Made by a program: the position numbers and the translations under genes. Shown one piece after another: positions 1-12,287 of a stretch of DNA of 64,000 bases (position 1 is the first letter of the stretch; each line of letters begins with the position of its first letter). Source of the DNA: Guillardia theta CCMP2712 (lineage: Eukaryota; Protista; Cryptophyta); NCBI RefSeq assembly GCF_000315625.1, contig NW_005434648.1:62001-126000 (forward strand), written 5' to 3'. The notes beneath the pieces are model-generated. The model worked only from the letters and a program-made list of their open reading frames with translations. It ran no database searches and had not been told where the DNA came from.

Positions 1-15
1 ACCTTTGTAGCACGC

Positions 16-3000
16 ATGGTGGTTTATGGTCGGAGACATGCTGCCCTCGTCCTGCTGGTGCGATGAATACCATGCTATGCTATCCTCCTGACTGCTGTAT
101 CCTATGCTATGCTGTCCTCCTGCCTGTTGTATCCTATGCTATGCTGTCCTCCTGCCTGTTGTATCCTATGCTATGCTGTCCTCCTTCCTCTTTTTCTGCC
201 AGTCCTCTTCTGTTTCCTCTTCTATCTTCTTTTATCGTTTCAATGATCCCGCCTCCGCTGCACTCCGATTCCTTCACCACCTTTCTGCTTGTTCCCTTGC
301 CTTTTCTTTGTTTGCTTCTTTCCTGTGTTTTCCTTTATCTTTTATGGACCTGCCGAAATACATCTGATCCTTTTCTTGTTTAATCTAGATGATTTGTAGT
401 AGTTGTGGTACATGCTCCCATGGATTCAAGCGACTGGGGTCAACGAAACTTTGCGAGGGTTTCATGTTCTGTCCTTCATTCCTCTTCAAAGGCACGCGTG
501 TCATACCTGCAGGGCTCAACATGTGCAGGGCTGGTTCGAGGTAAGCACCAAAGGGATTGTCATGATGTAATCTGGAATCTTAGTGAATTACACGAAGCTG
601 AAAAAAGAATAATGGAAATGGAGAAAACTATTAGACAGCAAGCCATGAAAATTCAAGAGCTCGAACACCTACTGGTTGAGAATAGCATGGTGGACGGAAA
701 GGTACCCTCGTTTATCATTCAACTCGTGCATGCTAACGGGTGTACAAGAGAGGGATTGCCTCGTCCGATGAGAGTCAAAGCGTCGATGAGAGGTTTTGGA
801 ACGCATCAGACTTGAGGAGGTTTTACTCCAGCAAGCCGATTGGGTTCATAAGGACTTGCTTTCCGACCAAGAACGGCTGCCCCCGCCAAGGAAATCTTGT
901 ATGAAGGCAGATGCTATTTCACCGCCGCTCAATCAATGAGTTGCAGGCTCCAACCTCTCTCGCGAAGCTACGAGTTCACTTTGGTTCGAACCCGACGCAC
1001 AGGCGAGTGAGCTGACATCAGCAGTTACTGCTCGCTCACTTTCTTGTTCAGCTTGGACGGCTTGGCTGACTTCTCGCACCTCTGGGTGTTTTTCGTGTTC
1101 CACCAGAATGAGAATGTGAGGGAGGCTCTTGCTCGACCCTCTTTGCCTTACTTTCATACCAAGTCAACTCCTAAGCCGAAAGTCTATCCTCCTCGCCTAG
1201 ACGGCAAGCCCAAGGTAAAGAGAGGGTAAGAAGACCCGCTGGTGTCAAGTAAGGGTGACCCTAGGGAGTGTTTGCCACCCGCTCTCCCCATCGACCCCAC
1301 CCGTTGGGGTTGACTCTCTCCAAGATCGACAAGGTGGAGCATGACGTGATCTACCTAAGCGGCGTGGATCTCGTCGATGGGACTCCGGTCAACCCCATGG
1401 TTCGCAAAGAGGAGGACTTACCTGGCTTCAGGTGATCGACATTAAGCCCTACATCGCCGTCTACGACTCTCCTCGACCCTCGGACGAAGTCTTTGCTCCG
1501 ACATGGTCTCTACCAGAGGGCAAGAGGGAGCTGCGCGTTGAGTTGAGTGAACAAGCTCTGATGGTCCTGCTGGCTGTGCCTGGTGACGAATGACTTGCAA
1601 GGACAGGACATCTTGGTGCTGGAGTCCAGCAGAGAAAGACCAGAGCACTTCTCGAGCTGGAGGGAAGCAGTTGCCGGGCTGCAGGAGATGCTGGCCTTGG
1701 ATCCAAGGTCAGCGTACAGGAGAAACAAGTGCCGAGATGTCGTCTATCCCGTCTACTACGATCGCTTGAACGTCTGTTGCAAGTTCCTTGACGCCGATGC
1801 AACTCACTCAGAGTCTGTCCAAGTCATGAACATCTCCTTGCGCCATGGCCCGACAGATAGAAGTCTTGCTGCAAGTCTGGAGCCACTTGAGGAGCCTGGA
1901 GCGCAAGTTGCCGATGAAAACCTCAACGCGCGGAGGAGGAGAGACGGTCGAATGGATCTGAACTTCAGCGAGATTTCAGTGAAGGCAGGCACGCGGCTCC
2001 CTGACGCACTCTTCTCCTCCTTTCCTCAGTTCTTTCCGTCACTTTCCTCGGCTCGAAAAGCAATCCGTCGTAGAGAGGTGAAATGAGCAGTCTATGTCTT
2101 CTTCTCTCTGTTCCTCCCTCCTCGTCTTGCCTTACCCTTCCTTGTCATGTTCTTGTCTGTGCGTTTGTATTTGCCATGCCTTGTCTTCTGTGCCGAGCTT
2201 CTTCCTCACTTCTGTTCGTTATGTCGTTCTCCAAGCAGATTCTCTGCAACAACCGAATAGCAACTTGCGGCACAGCGCTCGAGCAAGGAGACCGGATCTC
2301 CATGTTGCCCAGGAAGGAGAGGGACAGGACGAGGATTCCCAGAAGCAGGAGTAAGAGAAGCGAACAGTCGATGTCGTCTCATTGCCTCACAGGCTCACCC
2401 GTCAGGCATCGCTCGCCAAGCAACGAGGTGAGGGAGACAGAGGAATTTAGTTGATCGACTTCCCTTCTCACCTCTTCGCAAGTTGATTGCTCTCGTTGTT
2501 CGCTGCATGGCGTCTCTCAGTCGCGCAAGTCTTCGCAGGTCTTGTGCTCTCTCCTCTCCTTCCTGAAGTCGTGCGGGCAGAAAGCCGCGGGTTCTCTTCC
2601 TGGACGACGAGCTTGTTGTAGTCGAGAAACCAGAGTGAGCTGAGCCGCGTGAGACCCGAAAAGCTAAAGACAGAGTCACGTCAGACACCTCCCAACAACG
2701 TTTCCTCGCGGCATTGAAGGCGCAAGACGGAGAGCAACAAGCGAGCACACAGATCTCACAACGTTTGTGACTGAAACCCTCCAGGCAAAGCGCTTCTCAC
2801 TCCTCTCAGTCCTCTCCTCTCATCCTCTGAATCCTTCTCACTTCGTCTTTCTCCTTCCTCTTGCCTTCTCTCACAAGTGCATGTCCTGTTGTTGCATGTC
2901 GTGTCATTGTCTGCTCAGGCCAAGGGGTTCACAACAGACTTCATCGCGCCTTGTCATCGACTTGACAGCGCTACTGGAGGGCTCGTCGTCTTCGCGAGGT

Positions 3001-3759
3001 GAGGATGTGTCAGAGGAGGCACGTGCACATCACCTCCTGCAGGTCAAGACAAGCGGCTTTCAGGATATCTCAGCAGTTTGAGGATCGAGCCATCGGGAAG
3101 GAGTACCTGGCGGTGACTGCTGCGCTCCCAGCTGCGCTCCTCTAGTTCCTTGTCACCTCAGCATTAGGTCGTCGTCGGGGACGCTTCTCGGTATGGACTC
3201 GTGGGAACCATCGACAGAGAGATCGACGGCAAGTCAGCGATCACCAACTTTCAAGGTGAGCATGTCTGATCTTGTTGCTGCCTCATTTCTCTTGCCAGTC
3301 TTGTCTGTACGCTCGAGTCGCAGGTGTGCGTCGTCAACCTCCTCGCTGTGAGTCTTACTAGTCTCATCGTCAGGTATGGCAAGGTCACTCTTCTCCTGCT
3401 GCGTCCGCAAACAGGGAGGAGGCATCAGCTCCGGATTCATCTCTCGCAGTTGGGACATCCGATCCTCGGGGATGACAAGTACGGGGTCTCACTCGCTCAC
3501 TCGCTACTCGCTGGTCGCTCTCAGTGGCTCCTGCAGCCGTCGGGCGACGTTTGAGAGCTTCACCTGCGTCCTCCAGCTGATTCTTGCCCAGCAGGTACCC
3601 AGCAAGGTTCAGTGGGTGGACTCGAAGGCTTTGAGCAGGGAGGAGGCGCAGCTGCTGCTTTGGGCCTCCAGGCTGAGCCTGCGACATCCAACTACGAACG
3701 AGGAGCTGGAGTTTGAGTCTCGAGCGCCTCCGAGCTTCCATGAGGGCGACAGCAAGTGA
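16..3759 (+). CDS. Multi-exon fusion protein: possible N-terminal signal peptide + coiled coil + TrmO/TsaA (tRNA m6t6A37 methyltransferase) domain + S4-like domain + RluA/RluD-family pseudouridine synthase
   Basis: Spliced translation shows TrmO motifs KPIGFIRTCFPTKNGCPRQ (~835-890), LDGLADFSHLWVFFVFHQN, KVYPPRLDG, GVFATRSPHRPHPLGLT, GVDLVDGTP, IDIKPY and LALDPRSAY. The exon in ORF 1583-2086 continues into RLPDALF..SLSSARKAIRRRE (S4-like). Downstream exons give RluA motifs VLFLDDELVVVEKP, HRLDSATGGLVVFAR (HRLD 2955-2966), KEYLA, TGRRHQLRIHLSQLGHPILGDDKYG and LLLWASRLSLRHP. Confidence 0.85.
72..185. repeat. ~32-bp tandem repeat (ATGCTATGCTGTCCTCCTGCCTGTTGTATCCT), about 3.5 copies, inside the predicted first intron
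   Basis: Direct repeats visible in sequence; they explain the repetitive ORFs 63-383 and 104-367. Confidence 0.85.
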
Positions 3760-4237
3760 CCCCATAGCCTTCGCGACTTATATTAAGATCACCGCTTCCA
3801 TGATGTTGAGCTTGAATACCGCATGCCCATGTTGTGTGTCTGCGCAGCTGCCGTGCTACGGTGACTCTCGGAGTTGCGTGTATGCTCGTCTGGCGTGCGG
3901 GTAGTTATCTCTGACTCTGACTCTGACTCTGCCACCGGACTCTCACTCTGACCGTGGCACGCGGCGGCCCGGCGCTGCCCGTCCCTTCTCCCTTCTAACG
4001 TTTCTCTTGTAACTTTTCTCTCTTCATTTCCACTCTGTCACTTGTTTTAGCGAACGTCATTTGTTTTTTTGCATATCTTTTTTTTTTTAAAAAAACGTTT
4101 TTTTTCACTTTCCGACCCGGCTCGGGCTGTATGAGTCGAATTTCAGAAGTTTTGAATTCGAAACTGCATGGTTTGTGACTTTTCACACGCCTGGCATGGC
4201 AGAGGAACGGAAGCGAGCCGAGGAGAGCTGAGAACCT

Positions 4238-6986
4238 GATGGATGTCCTCAGGCCTGTCTGACTCTCTTTGAGCTCATTTCAAGTTGCTACCTGGTTCAT
4301 TCCTTCCCTCCTCCTTTTCTCGCCTGTGCCTTCGACCTCTGGCGTCTTTGCAAAACAGAATGACCAGAAATGCGGATTCCTCTCCTCGAGTTCCTCTCTC
4401 CCTGTATAGTCCAGGGAAGGTGAACATCCTCCGGCATGGAGAAGATACGAAGGGATTCATCGCTTCCAGCAAGCAAATGAGCTCCAAGGGGACGGCTCAG
4501 AGCATAGAGTCTAAGGTCGCATGCTGCGTGCTGGAACTTTTACCCTGACTTGACATCAGAAGAGGCGAATAAGTCAACAACAACTGGCTGATGAAGAGCT
4601 GGTAATGCTTGCCTGCTTGAGCTGCTCTGCTGACTTCGCATCTAGATGAGACGACGACGAGCTGCCATGAAGCGTCAGGTATCGTCGTTCGTGCGAAGAT
4701 CAGACGATGCATGCGTGGAGCAGAGGAGCAAACAGAAGATGCGATACTGAAATTCCTCAAAACAGGCATTTCTCATACAACAAGCTAGCTCTGCATTTGC
4801 GAATTCAAGGTGCAAGAGATTTATCTTTCATGCCAAGTTCTTTCCCTCTCCTCCTCTAATTTACTTTTCAGCAGCTACAATTCCCATGGAGATGATCCAC
4901 CTCCTCGGTCATCATACCTGCTTGGCTCCATCCAGAAGGAAGTTCCCAGACAGACTGTCTTAGATCCGCTCGCCCTGACCGTCGGCGAGCAAGGTGAAAA
5001 GAGGAAGGAGAGCTCGAATACTGATCTCTTCGACAAGACGTGAAGCAGCGGACTTCGCCTCAGCCCTGTGCTCCTCCGACTCCTGCCTCGGTCAAGTACC
5101 CTCGGGTCTCTTTGCTGCTGGGAAGTTGGATGAACGAGGCAGCTGTTCATTGCCTGACACCAACAATGAGAGAGCAAAGCGGGGAGGACCTGAGAAACTC
5201 TGCTCTTGCCTCCCCTCTTCTCCCCCGTCTTGACGCTGCGAGTACTGCTGATGAGACTCCGCGATCAACGAGCAGAAGATTGATGGAGGACTACGCCACC
5301 CGGAAGAAAGCTCTCATAGACTCTCTTGTCTCCTCTCACTCCATCCCCTCATCCTCGCGCTCCCACGCTCCGCTGGTGCTGGACGTGTCTTGTCAAGAAG
5401 TCACGTCTTCCGCTCTCGCCTCCTCTTCCTCCTGTTCGTCAGGTCTCAACAGCTTTTGATGTGCTCAAGTGACATGCAAGACAGTCGCAATGAAGGATAG
5501 GAGGATCACGCAAGACCTGACGGAGCTGCTCGCGTTGGCATCGGGAGCCACCCGTACAAGATGACATCGTTTGACTTGAGCTGACGAGGAGGCTGCAGTC
5601 AATGCTCGAGGAGGGAAGGAGAGTGAGATCGCCGTTGAGCGTCGAAGATCATCCAAGAAATTTTCATCGAGGTTGCGGGCCTTTGATTCTTGTTCTCTCT
5701 TTTCTCCTCCTGCTCCACCTCTCCTCCTCTGACTTCTGTTCCTTGTACTTTGCCTGCAGTTCGCATGGTCGGCGGCTCACCGAGGAGATCTCGGAGTGTC
5801 TGAGGCTGTTTCAGTCCTCCTCCCTCCCCCCTGCGCTCTCGGCTGCCGAGAAAGAGGCTCTGCTGCCTCCCCGCCTGGTCCTCTCGTTTGCTCCCTCACC
5901 CTTCTAAACCGAACCCAGGGAGAGCAAGCCGAGGAGGCAAGAGCACAAGGCGGAGAGCAGATGAAGGAGGTCTGTGACGCGCAAGAGGGAGGAAGCGGTC
6001 GCCCTCGAGTGAGTCGGTTGCTTGAGAAGAGGAGGGAGAAGAACCAAATCCTGCCCAAGTCACTCCTCATCCTCCGATCTCCCGAGTCATCTGCACCAGT
6101 GTCCCATCTTTTGACTCCTCGCACAAGTCCAGAGGCAGAGGAGGGAGGAGACGACGTCCTCACGCCTCTTGCTTGCGACAAGTACTTGCAGCAGAGAGCG
6201 AGGAGAGAGCGAGCGAAGAAAGAAGTTCTACACAAGACCATCTGCATCAGACAGCAACAGAGGGACAGCAACGCGCCTATGCTCCTCACCAAGCCTCAAA
6301 AAGCCACCAACATCACCAACACCTCCCTCTCCTCGTTCCTTACGTCTTCTTCTGTAGCTGCCACCACTCGTTCTCCTTCCAAGCCAGACAAGGCAGCAGA
6401 AGGCATGGTCTCCTCGAGCAAGGCAGCAGAAGGCATGGTCTCCTCGAGCAAGGCAGCAGAAGGCATGGTCTCCTCGAGCAAGGCAGCAGAAGGCATGGTC
6501 TCCTCGAGCAAGGCAGCAGAAGGCATGGTCTCCTCGAGCAAGGCAGCAGAAGGCATGGTCTCCTCGAGCAAGGCAGCAGAAGGCATGGTCTCCTCGAGCA
6601 AGGCAGCAGAAGGCATGGTCTCCTCGAACAAGGAGCAAGTGTTGGGATCAGACAAGGTGTGGGAGGTGAGAGGTCACGAGCAAGTGACAGACAGTCAGGT
6701 GAAGGCAGACGGGGACGTGAAGACCAAAACGAGACTTCTGCTGCTGAGCAGCGAAACCAACGAGCTCAACATGTGCCAACCGCAACTGAAGATCCGACAG
6801 AGTCGAGGAATGTGGAGGAGGAGGAGGAGGAGGAGGAGGAGGAGGAGGAGGAGGAGGAGGAGGAGGAGGAGGAGGAGGAGGAGGAGGAGGAGGAGGAGGA
6901 GGAGGAGGATGTATTTGTTGCGGTGGTGGATATGGGGTGGGGAGGGAGATGGGTGGGTGAGAAGAGGATTGCTTGGAATGGTGTAG
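4238..6986 (+). CDS. Multi-exon hypothetical protein with a low-complexity, repeat-containing C-terminus
   Basis: Series of exon-like segments separated by short GT..AG introns, ending in the long ORF 5796-6986 with SKAAEGMVSS repeats. No recognisable domain; boundaries uncertain. Confidence 0.4.
6389..6630 (+). repeat. 30-bp tandem repeat x8 (AAGGCAGCAGAAGGCATGGTCTCCTCGAGC), in frame as KAAEGMVSSS
   Basis: Near-perfect head-to-tail copies with no spacers. Confidence 0.95.
6813..6909. repeat. (GGA)n trinucleotide microsatellite, about 30 units
   Basis: Seen directly. Confidence 0.95.
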
Positions 6987-8333
6987 AGTGGAGATGACGA
7001 TTGAGAGCAGGTGAAGGCCTTCAGCCCATCCAGACGTTCAGCTCGTGGAAGCCTCTTCCTCCTCCTCCTACGTCTTCCTCGTCATGCTCGTGAGTCCTCT
7101 CTCACAGTAGGAAGAACCTGAGAGTTTCGAACAGAAGGGTGTTATCAAAGCAGGAGGAGGAAGAGGAGGTAAGTAAAAAACCCTCCTTGGGCCCTCCTCC
7201 TCGTTCCTCTCCTCTCCTCCTTCTGATTCACTGTTAACGTCAGAAGCAAGAATCGTCTTCCTCCTATCCAAGGCGTTGGCTGAGCTTTGACCGCCTCGAG
7301 ACCTCCTGTAAGCCCAACTGATGCTTACTGCAGCAGCAGCTCATCCTCCTCGTCCTCCTCAACGCCTGCTACATCCCCTTCTCTCACTTCCCTTCCTCTG
7401 CCGTTGTCCTTTCTGTTTCCTCTCTCATCTGTTCCTCAGCAGCCTCACGCCAGATGGAGAAAACCCTCAAGAAAGTCGCGGCAGACAGTCCAGCGCTCGT
7501 TCGCCTTCCACGAGATAAGGCAACAACACATAAACATGCTCTTCCTACTCTTTCACTTCTCCCCCCCCTCCATGCTCTTCTCCTCAGCTCCGACTTTCTG
7601 TCCTGACATCTCCCTTCAGCTTCTCCAGCTGCTTGAAAATGCTGTCGAGCTGCAGATACCCCGGGGGTTCGTCGCCTCGCAGGCAGGAAGAGGGAGGAAG
7701 AGTGAGGAAGAGCTAGTGAAGAGAAAGGGGGGGGGGGGGGGGAGGCAAGATTGAGGAGAAGCAAGAAAATTTTCGGATGGAGGGGGAGCATACAAGAAGC
7801 AGGGGCAGGGGCAAGGGCGGGGGCAGGAGCAGGAGGGGTTTGATGGGGCTGCAGGACGATTCTCCCTCTTCTCTACTTCACGGTGTGCTTGTGCTCTGTT
7901 CCGGGAGCCTCCGGGTTACCTATCAGGAGAAGGATTGTACGGGTGGTAATCGAGAGGTGAGGACACAAGGAGGAGAAGCATGTGCTGAGCAGGCGTCAGT
8001 TGCTGGTGGCTGGTGATCTCATCAGCTCTCCTCTCGTCCTCTCCGGCTGCCCGCGAGTCTTGTGCGTCTCCTCTTTGCTTCTCCCATGCTCACGAGGCTC
8101 ACAGAGGTGCTCGCGCTCTCCTTCCCCTCCTGTTTCGTTGGCATCTGCCCGAGCAGCTGGTGAGGACTTGGAGGAGGAGGGAAGAGGATGACAACCAGCT
8201 CAGGTAGCCGAGGAGAGCTCCTCACTTCTCCTCCTCTCCTCTCATGCCTGTCAGAAAGTTTTGTTTTCGGGTGAGCCATGCGGAGGGGAGAGTGGGGGAG
8301 TGACGGTATTACAAAGCCATTGAGGAAGAAGTG

Positions 8334-11300
8334 ATGAAGCAAATCAACATGCTAAGGAGGTACGCTCTCTGCTCTCCTCCCCTCTGATGTCACCTCTCCC
8401 TCTGCCTCTCCCCTCTCCCCTCCTCACAACTTGCTAGGCTGCCGCTCTTCTCTCAGGTCGAGGAGTTTCACCTCAAGCAGCTCTTGTCCGGCTCTTCTCT
8501 CACTCTCGTCGAGGTCATCGCGACATTCAAGAGGCTTGAAAGTGACTTGAAGACCAGGATAATCGCGTCCTTGTGAGGGAAGAAGAGACCTCCTCTTCCT
8601 CCTCGTTTCTCTACGTCCTCGAGGTCTCTGCCTCATCTCTGCCTCCTCTTCTCACTCTCCTCAGGCTGGGCATGTCAAATTGAGCGTGACCTCCCACACC
8701 GCGAGAAAGAGGCAAGTCAATCCCTTGACCTCCCTCCTCCCTCCTCTCCTCTTCCACTCTCCTCCGCTCTCCTCTGTGCTCCTCTATGCTGTTCCATCCT
8801 CTCTTCTCGCTTCTTCCTGTCCCTCCTCTTGCTCTCTTCCTCTTCTCACGTCTCTGTCTCCCTCTGACTGTCTTCAGTTATCAAGTCCGAGCTGGCACCC
8901 TCGGCCTCGGTGCTTCGCTTCGCTTGTCTAGCCTGCTGCTAGACAGGTAAATTCCTCGTCCCTAGCTCCTGCTACTCGAGTGTTTCTCCTCCCCCCCCTC
9001 CTTTCCTGTTCTGCTTCTTCCTCCTTCTTTTGCGTAGCGTAACTGCCCCTTGCTAGTCCACAAGCGATGACAGTGAGGACGGAAGGAAGGTGAGGAGTCA
9101 ACGGGAGGAGGGGAAGGAGAGGCTGTAGCTCAAGTTGACCTCCTCCTTTGTTTCAGTTGTCTGGTGCTGAGCTTGCGAGCGATGGAAGTGAAAGAAATCT
9201 TCAACGTTCACTCGTCGGGCGAGCATCAGGACCGATTGAAGTCAACCTGCCGAGAGGAAGGAGGAGGAGGAGGAGGAGGAGGAGGAGGAGGTGCTGACTG
9301 GGTCAACAGATGACAGCGAAAACAGAAGACTTGAAAAGTCTGGGAGGAGAGGTAGGGATTGAACCGCACAATCATGTCTGCCGGGCAGCTGCTCTGACTC
9401 CTCTGTATCTGTAGATTCTGAAAGCTCTTGAGCTCCTGGACGACCAGTCTTGTCCCGTCCTTGCCTCGCTCTCTCAGCTGACAGACTTGTACCACAAGGT
9501 CTCTTGCACTCGCCGCCCTCTCACTTCTCATGTGTCTGTTAGCTGGATGGCCTACACTCAGAGGACGGATCGAAAGTCTTCTCTCCGATTGAGCTGGCCA
9601 GGATTTTCACTTCCTCTACCTCTGTGATGCTTCTGTTTACGGTACCCTCCTCCCCCCTTCTCCTCCTCCTTAAATCTGCACGCCAGGAATTCAGGAACGA
9701 TTTGAAGCTTGCGCTGAGCGAGGAGGAGATTGACATCCAACAATGCATCGTCCCGGTGATCCTTGTGCTCTTCCTGGTCTCCTATGCTCCGCTCTTATCA
9801 CCCCTCTCTACGATCTTTTCTCTTCTCTTCTCCTCCTCTCTCATTCTCTTTCTACCGCTGCAGCTTCTCCGTCGTGTCTCGTGTATTTCTCGAGGATTTG
9901 CACAGATGGCGAGCTTTGCCGTCCAGTCTCTGTCTACTTTCGAGCGCAAGACGAGAGACGAGGAGGAGAAGCCTGAAGGAGCGAGGAAGAGGCCAAACTC
10001 CGAGGAGGCGAGCAGCTTTGAGAGCTTTCAGGAGTTAACTTGCTCGCTGCTGAATGGCTGGCCACAGCTGGTGAGAAAGTGATGGAGCAGATTGAGGAGG
10101 AGGAGGAGGAGGAGGTGGTGGTGGTGGTGGTGATGATGGTGGTGATGGTGGTGATGATGATGGTGGTGGTGGTGGAGGAGGAGGAGGAGGAGGAGGAGGC
10201 AGATGAGAAGAAGTTGGAGGGAGCTCAAACTTCTGCAGGCTCAGAGGGTGAAGCATCTCATCCCTTTGCTTGCGAGCTTTGCGACCAAGACCGAAGAAGG
10301 AGAGCACGACTTCTCAGCGGAGGTGAGGGACAGCAGAGCTTGAGGGAGGAGATGACAGAGAAGCAGGAGGAAGAGATAACGAGCTCGATCGAGACGAGCT
10401 ACCAAGCACTGGAGGATGTGATTGCTATGCTAGAAGCCAAGCACGAGCTGAGGCAACTCAGCTTGACTAACGAAGCTCTGAGCAGAGGTTGACCCTCCCT
10501 CGCGCCTCTTTGACCTCCTCCTTCCCTCCGCTCTTTGACGCTGTGCAGGAGCTCAAGAGAAGGCGACCGACGCTTGCTGTAGTCACCGTCGAGTTCTTTT
10601 CAACGCGCGAGCAGAACTGGTATCCACAAGAGTCACTTGCGAAGACAAAGTTCAGTGCCAAGTTGTCCTTTGCAACGACTTGCTTTTCATCAAGCCAGGT
10701 ACCTCCATCATTCTCCCTCCCTTGTTGCCCTGCTGAAGTTCTTCCAGCCTCTAGCTCGCTCTTTTCTTCTTTCACGAGCGACAATGCTTCGTGTCTCAGC
10801 CTAAGGAGGCTCCTTCTCGTCGGCCTCGGCGATCATAATCTGCTTGCAATCAGGTGCTTGTCTTCGCACCTGTCCTGTCCTGTCCTATCCCTCTCCTCTC
10901 CTCTCCTCTCCTCTCACGCGTCGCAGAGGCTTTTCCAGCCATCCCTATGCCATCTCCATTATCCGCGAGGAAGACGCCCTCCCCGAGCTAGTGAGACTTT
11001 CCATGCTCTCCTGCCCGCCCTCGCGTGACTGGATGTGTCAAGTTGTTAAGCTTCGCCGAGGAGGAGGACTTCTCCAAGTTGCTCTCGCTCTTCGCAGCCT
11101 GCAGACAGGAGGTGACTGCACGCTTGCTGCTGCTGCTGCTGCTGCTCGAGCTGGTGGTGGTGCTGGTGGTGAAGAGGATGACAGGCGGAGCAGCTTGCTA
11201 GCGACCCCTACTTGACGGAGTGACGGGAAGGGCAGGGGACAACAACAAGCGTAACGTTGGAGGCTCAACTACGATGGAAGCTCAACGTTAGAGACAGAGG

Positions 11301-12049
11301 TTTCACGTTAGAGAAAGAGGGTTAACGTTAGAGAAAGAGGTTTAACGTTAGAGATAGAGGTTTTAACGTCGATTGTCCTCTATGAACGACGAAGATATTT
11401 CCGTGAGCATGTCCGGTCATGGCTTTGAAGGATGAGCTTGACTAGCGGGTCGCTCAAGTTGAAGGAGACGAGATCGCGTCGATCTCACTGATCAAAACTT
11501 TCTGTCCGAGGTGATTGTTCCAGCTTCGCTGTAACGTCACGTAACGCACTCGCTCCTGCATGGCCGTCACTAGCCCCCCACTCCCTCCTCATGCCCGCAC
11601 ATGCGCATCCCCGTCGGGCCGTCGGAAGCCAAGCTGAACCTTAGAGCCAACCTGGATGGCGGTCAGAGAGGAGGCGAGGAGCCGCCGGAGCTCACAGGTC
11701 CCAGCATGTAGTCGCGCAGTGTCAGAGGGCTCCTGCCAGCTCATGTCAGTCAAGCTTGCAGCAGCACAGCAACACGAACATGCACTTGACGTCTGCTCCG
11801 TCGACAGACACCAGCTCTTCACCTGACATGCGGTGACTCCATGAGAGGAGCAGGATGCGGGGTATACCGATAACAATCTCGTTGCAGAGCTCAGCCGGGC
11901 TGCTCTCACGACTCAGTTCAGCCCCCCGCTTCTCACAGGAACAACCTGGATGGAGCGACGCCAGCGACTATCAGCTGCTGGCTCTTCTCTCGCGCAAGGA
12001 AGATGATGCCGACTCCGATCTTTGCTCCTGGCTTCGGGCCGCTGATTAG
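8334..12049 (+). CDS. Multi-exon protein with a degenerate N-terminal cyclic-nucleotide-binding (cNMP) domain; the rest is unassigned
   Basis: Spliced exons read MLRRLPLFSQVEEFHLKQLL, VLVREEE..FLYVLEAGHVKLS, PQAMTVRTEG and CLVLSLRAMEVKEIF, in the order expected for a cNMP fold. Acidic low-complexity stretch at 10095-10200. 3' end uncertain. Confidence 0.45.
11283..11370. repeat. ~20-bp tandem repeat x4 (AACGTTAGAGAAAGAGGTTT-like)
   Basis: Seen directly; probably intronic. Confidence 0.8.
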
Positions 12050-12204
12050 ATGCCCTCCTGCTTCATTTTCATGGCTTCCAGCCTTAGGCCCTCCGCAACC
12101 TGATATAAGGATTAGAGTGCTACGTGTACTGCATAGCAAAAGCCGTACAGTTGGTGAGAGAAGCAATCCAATCCATGATGTCCATATCTTCAGCAATCTT
12201 GATT

Positions 12205-12287
12205 CACTCCTCGCTCTCCTCGCTCTCCTCGCTCTCCTCGCTCTCCTCGCTCTCCTCGCTCTCCTCGCTCTCCTCGCTCTCCTCGTC
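12205..12287. repeat. (CTCCTCGCT)n 9-bp repeat, about 9 copies; a 27-bp repeat (about 2.5 copies) follows at 12467-12537
   Basis: Seen directly. Confidence 0.9.

Noticed and set aside
6389-6630. 30-bp direct repeats as a CRISPR array
   Set aside because: Head-to-tail with no unique spacers, no cas genes, eukaryotic context.
7000-8250. Possible minus-strand gene
   Set aside because: Some exon-like fragments exist, but I could not build a consistent spliced model or find a motif.
11283-11370. 20-bp repeats as iterons or mini-CRISPR
   Set aside because: Contiguous degenerate tandem copies within a probable intron.
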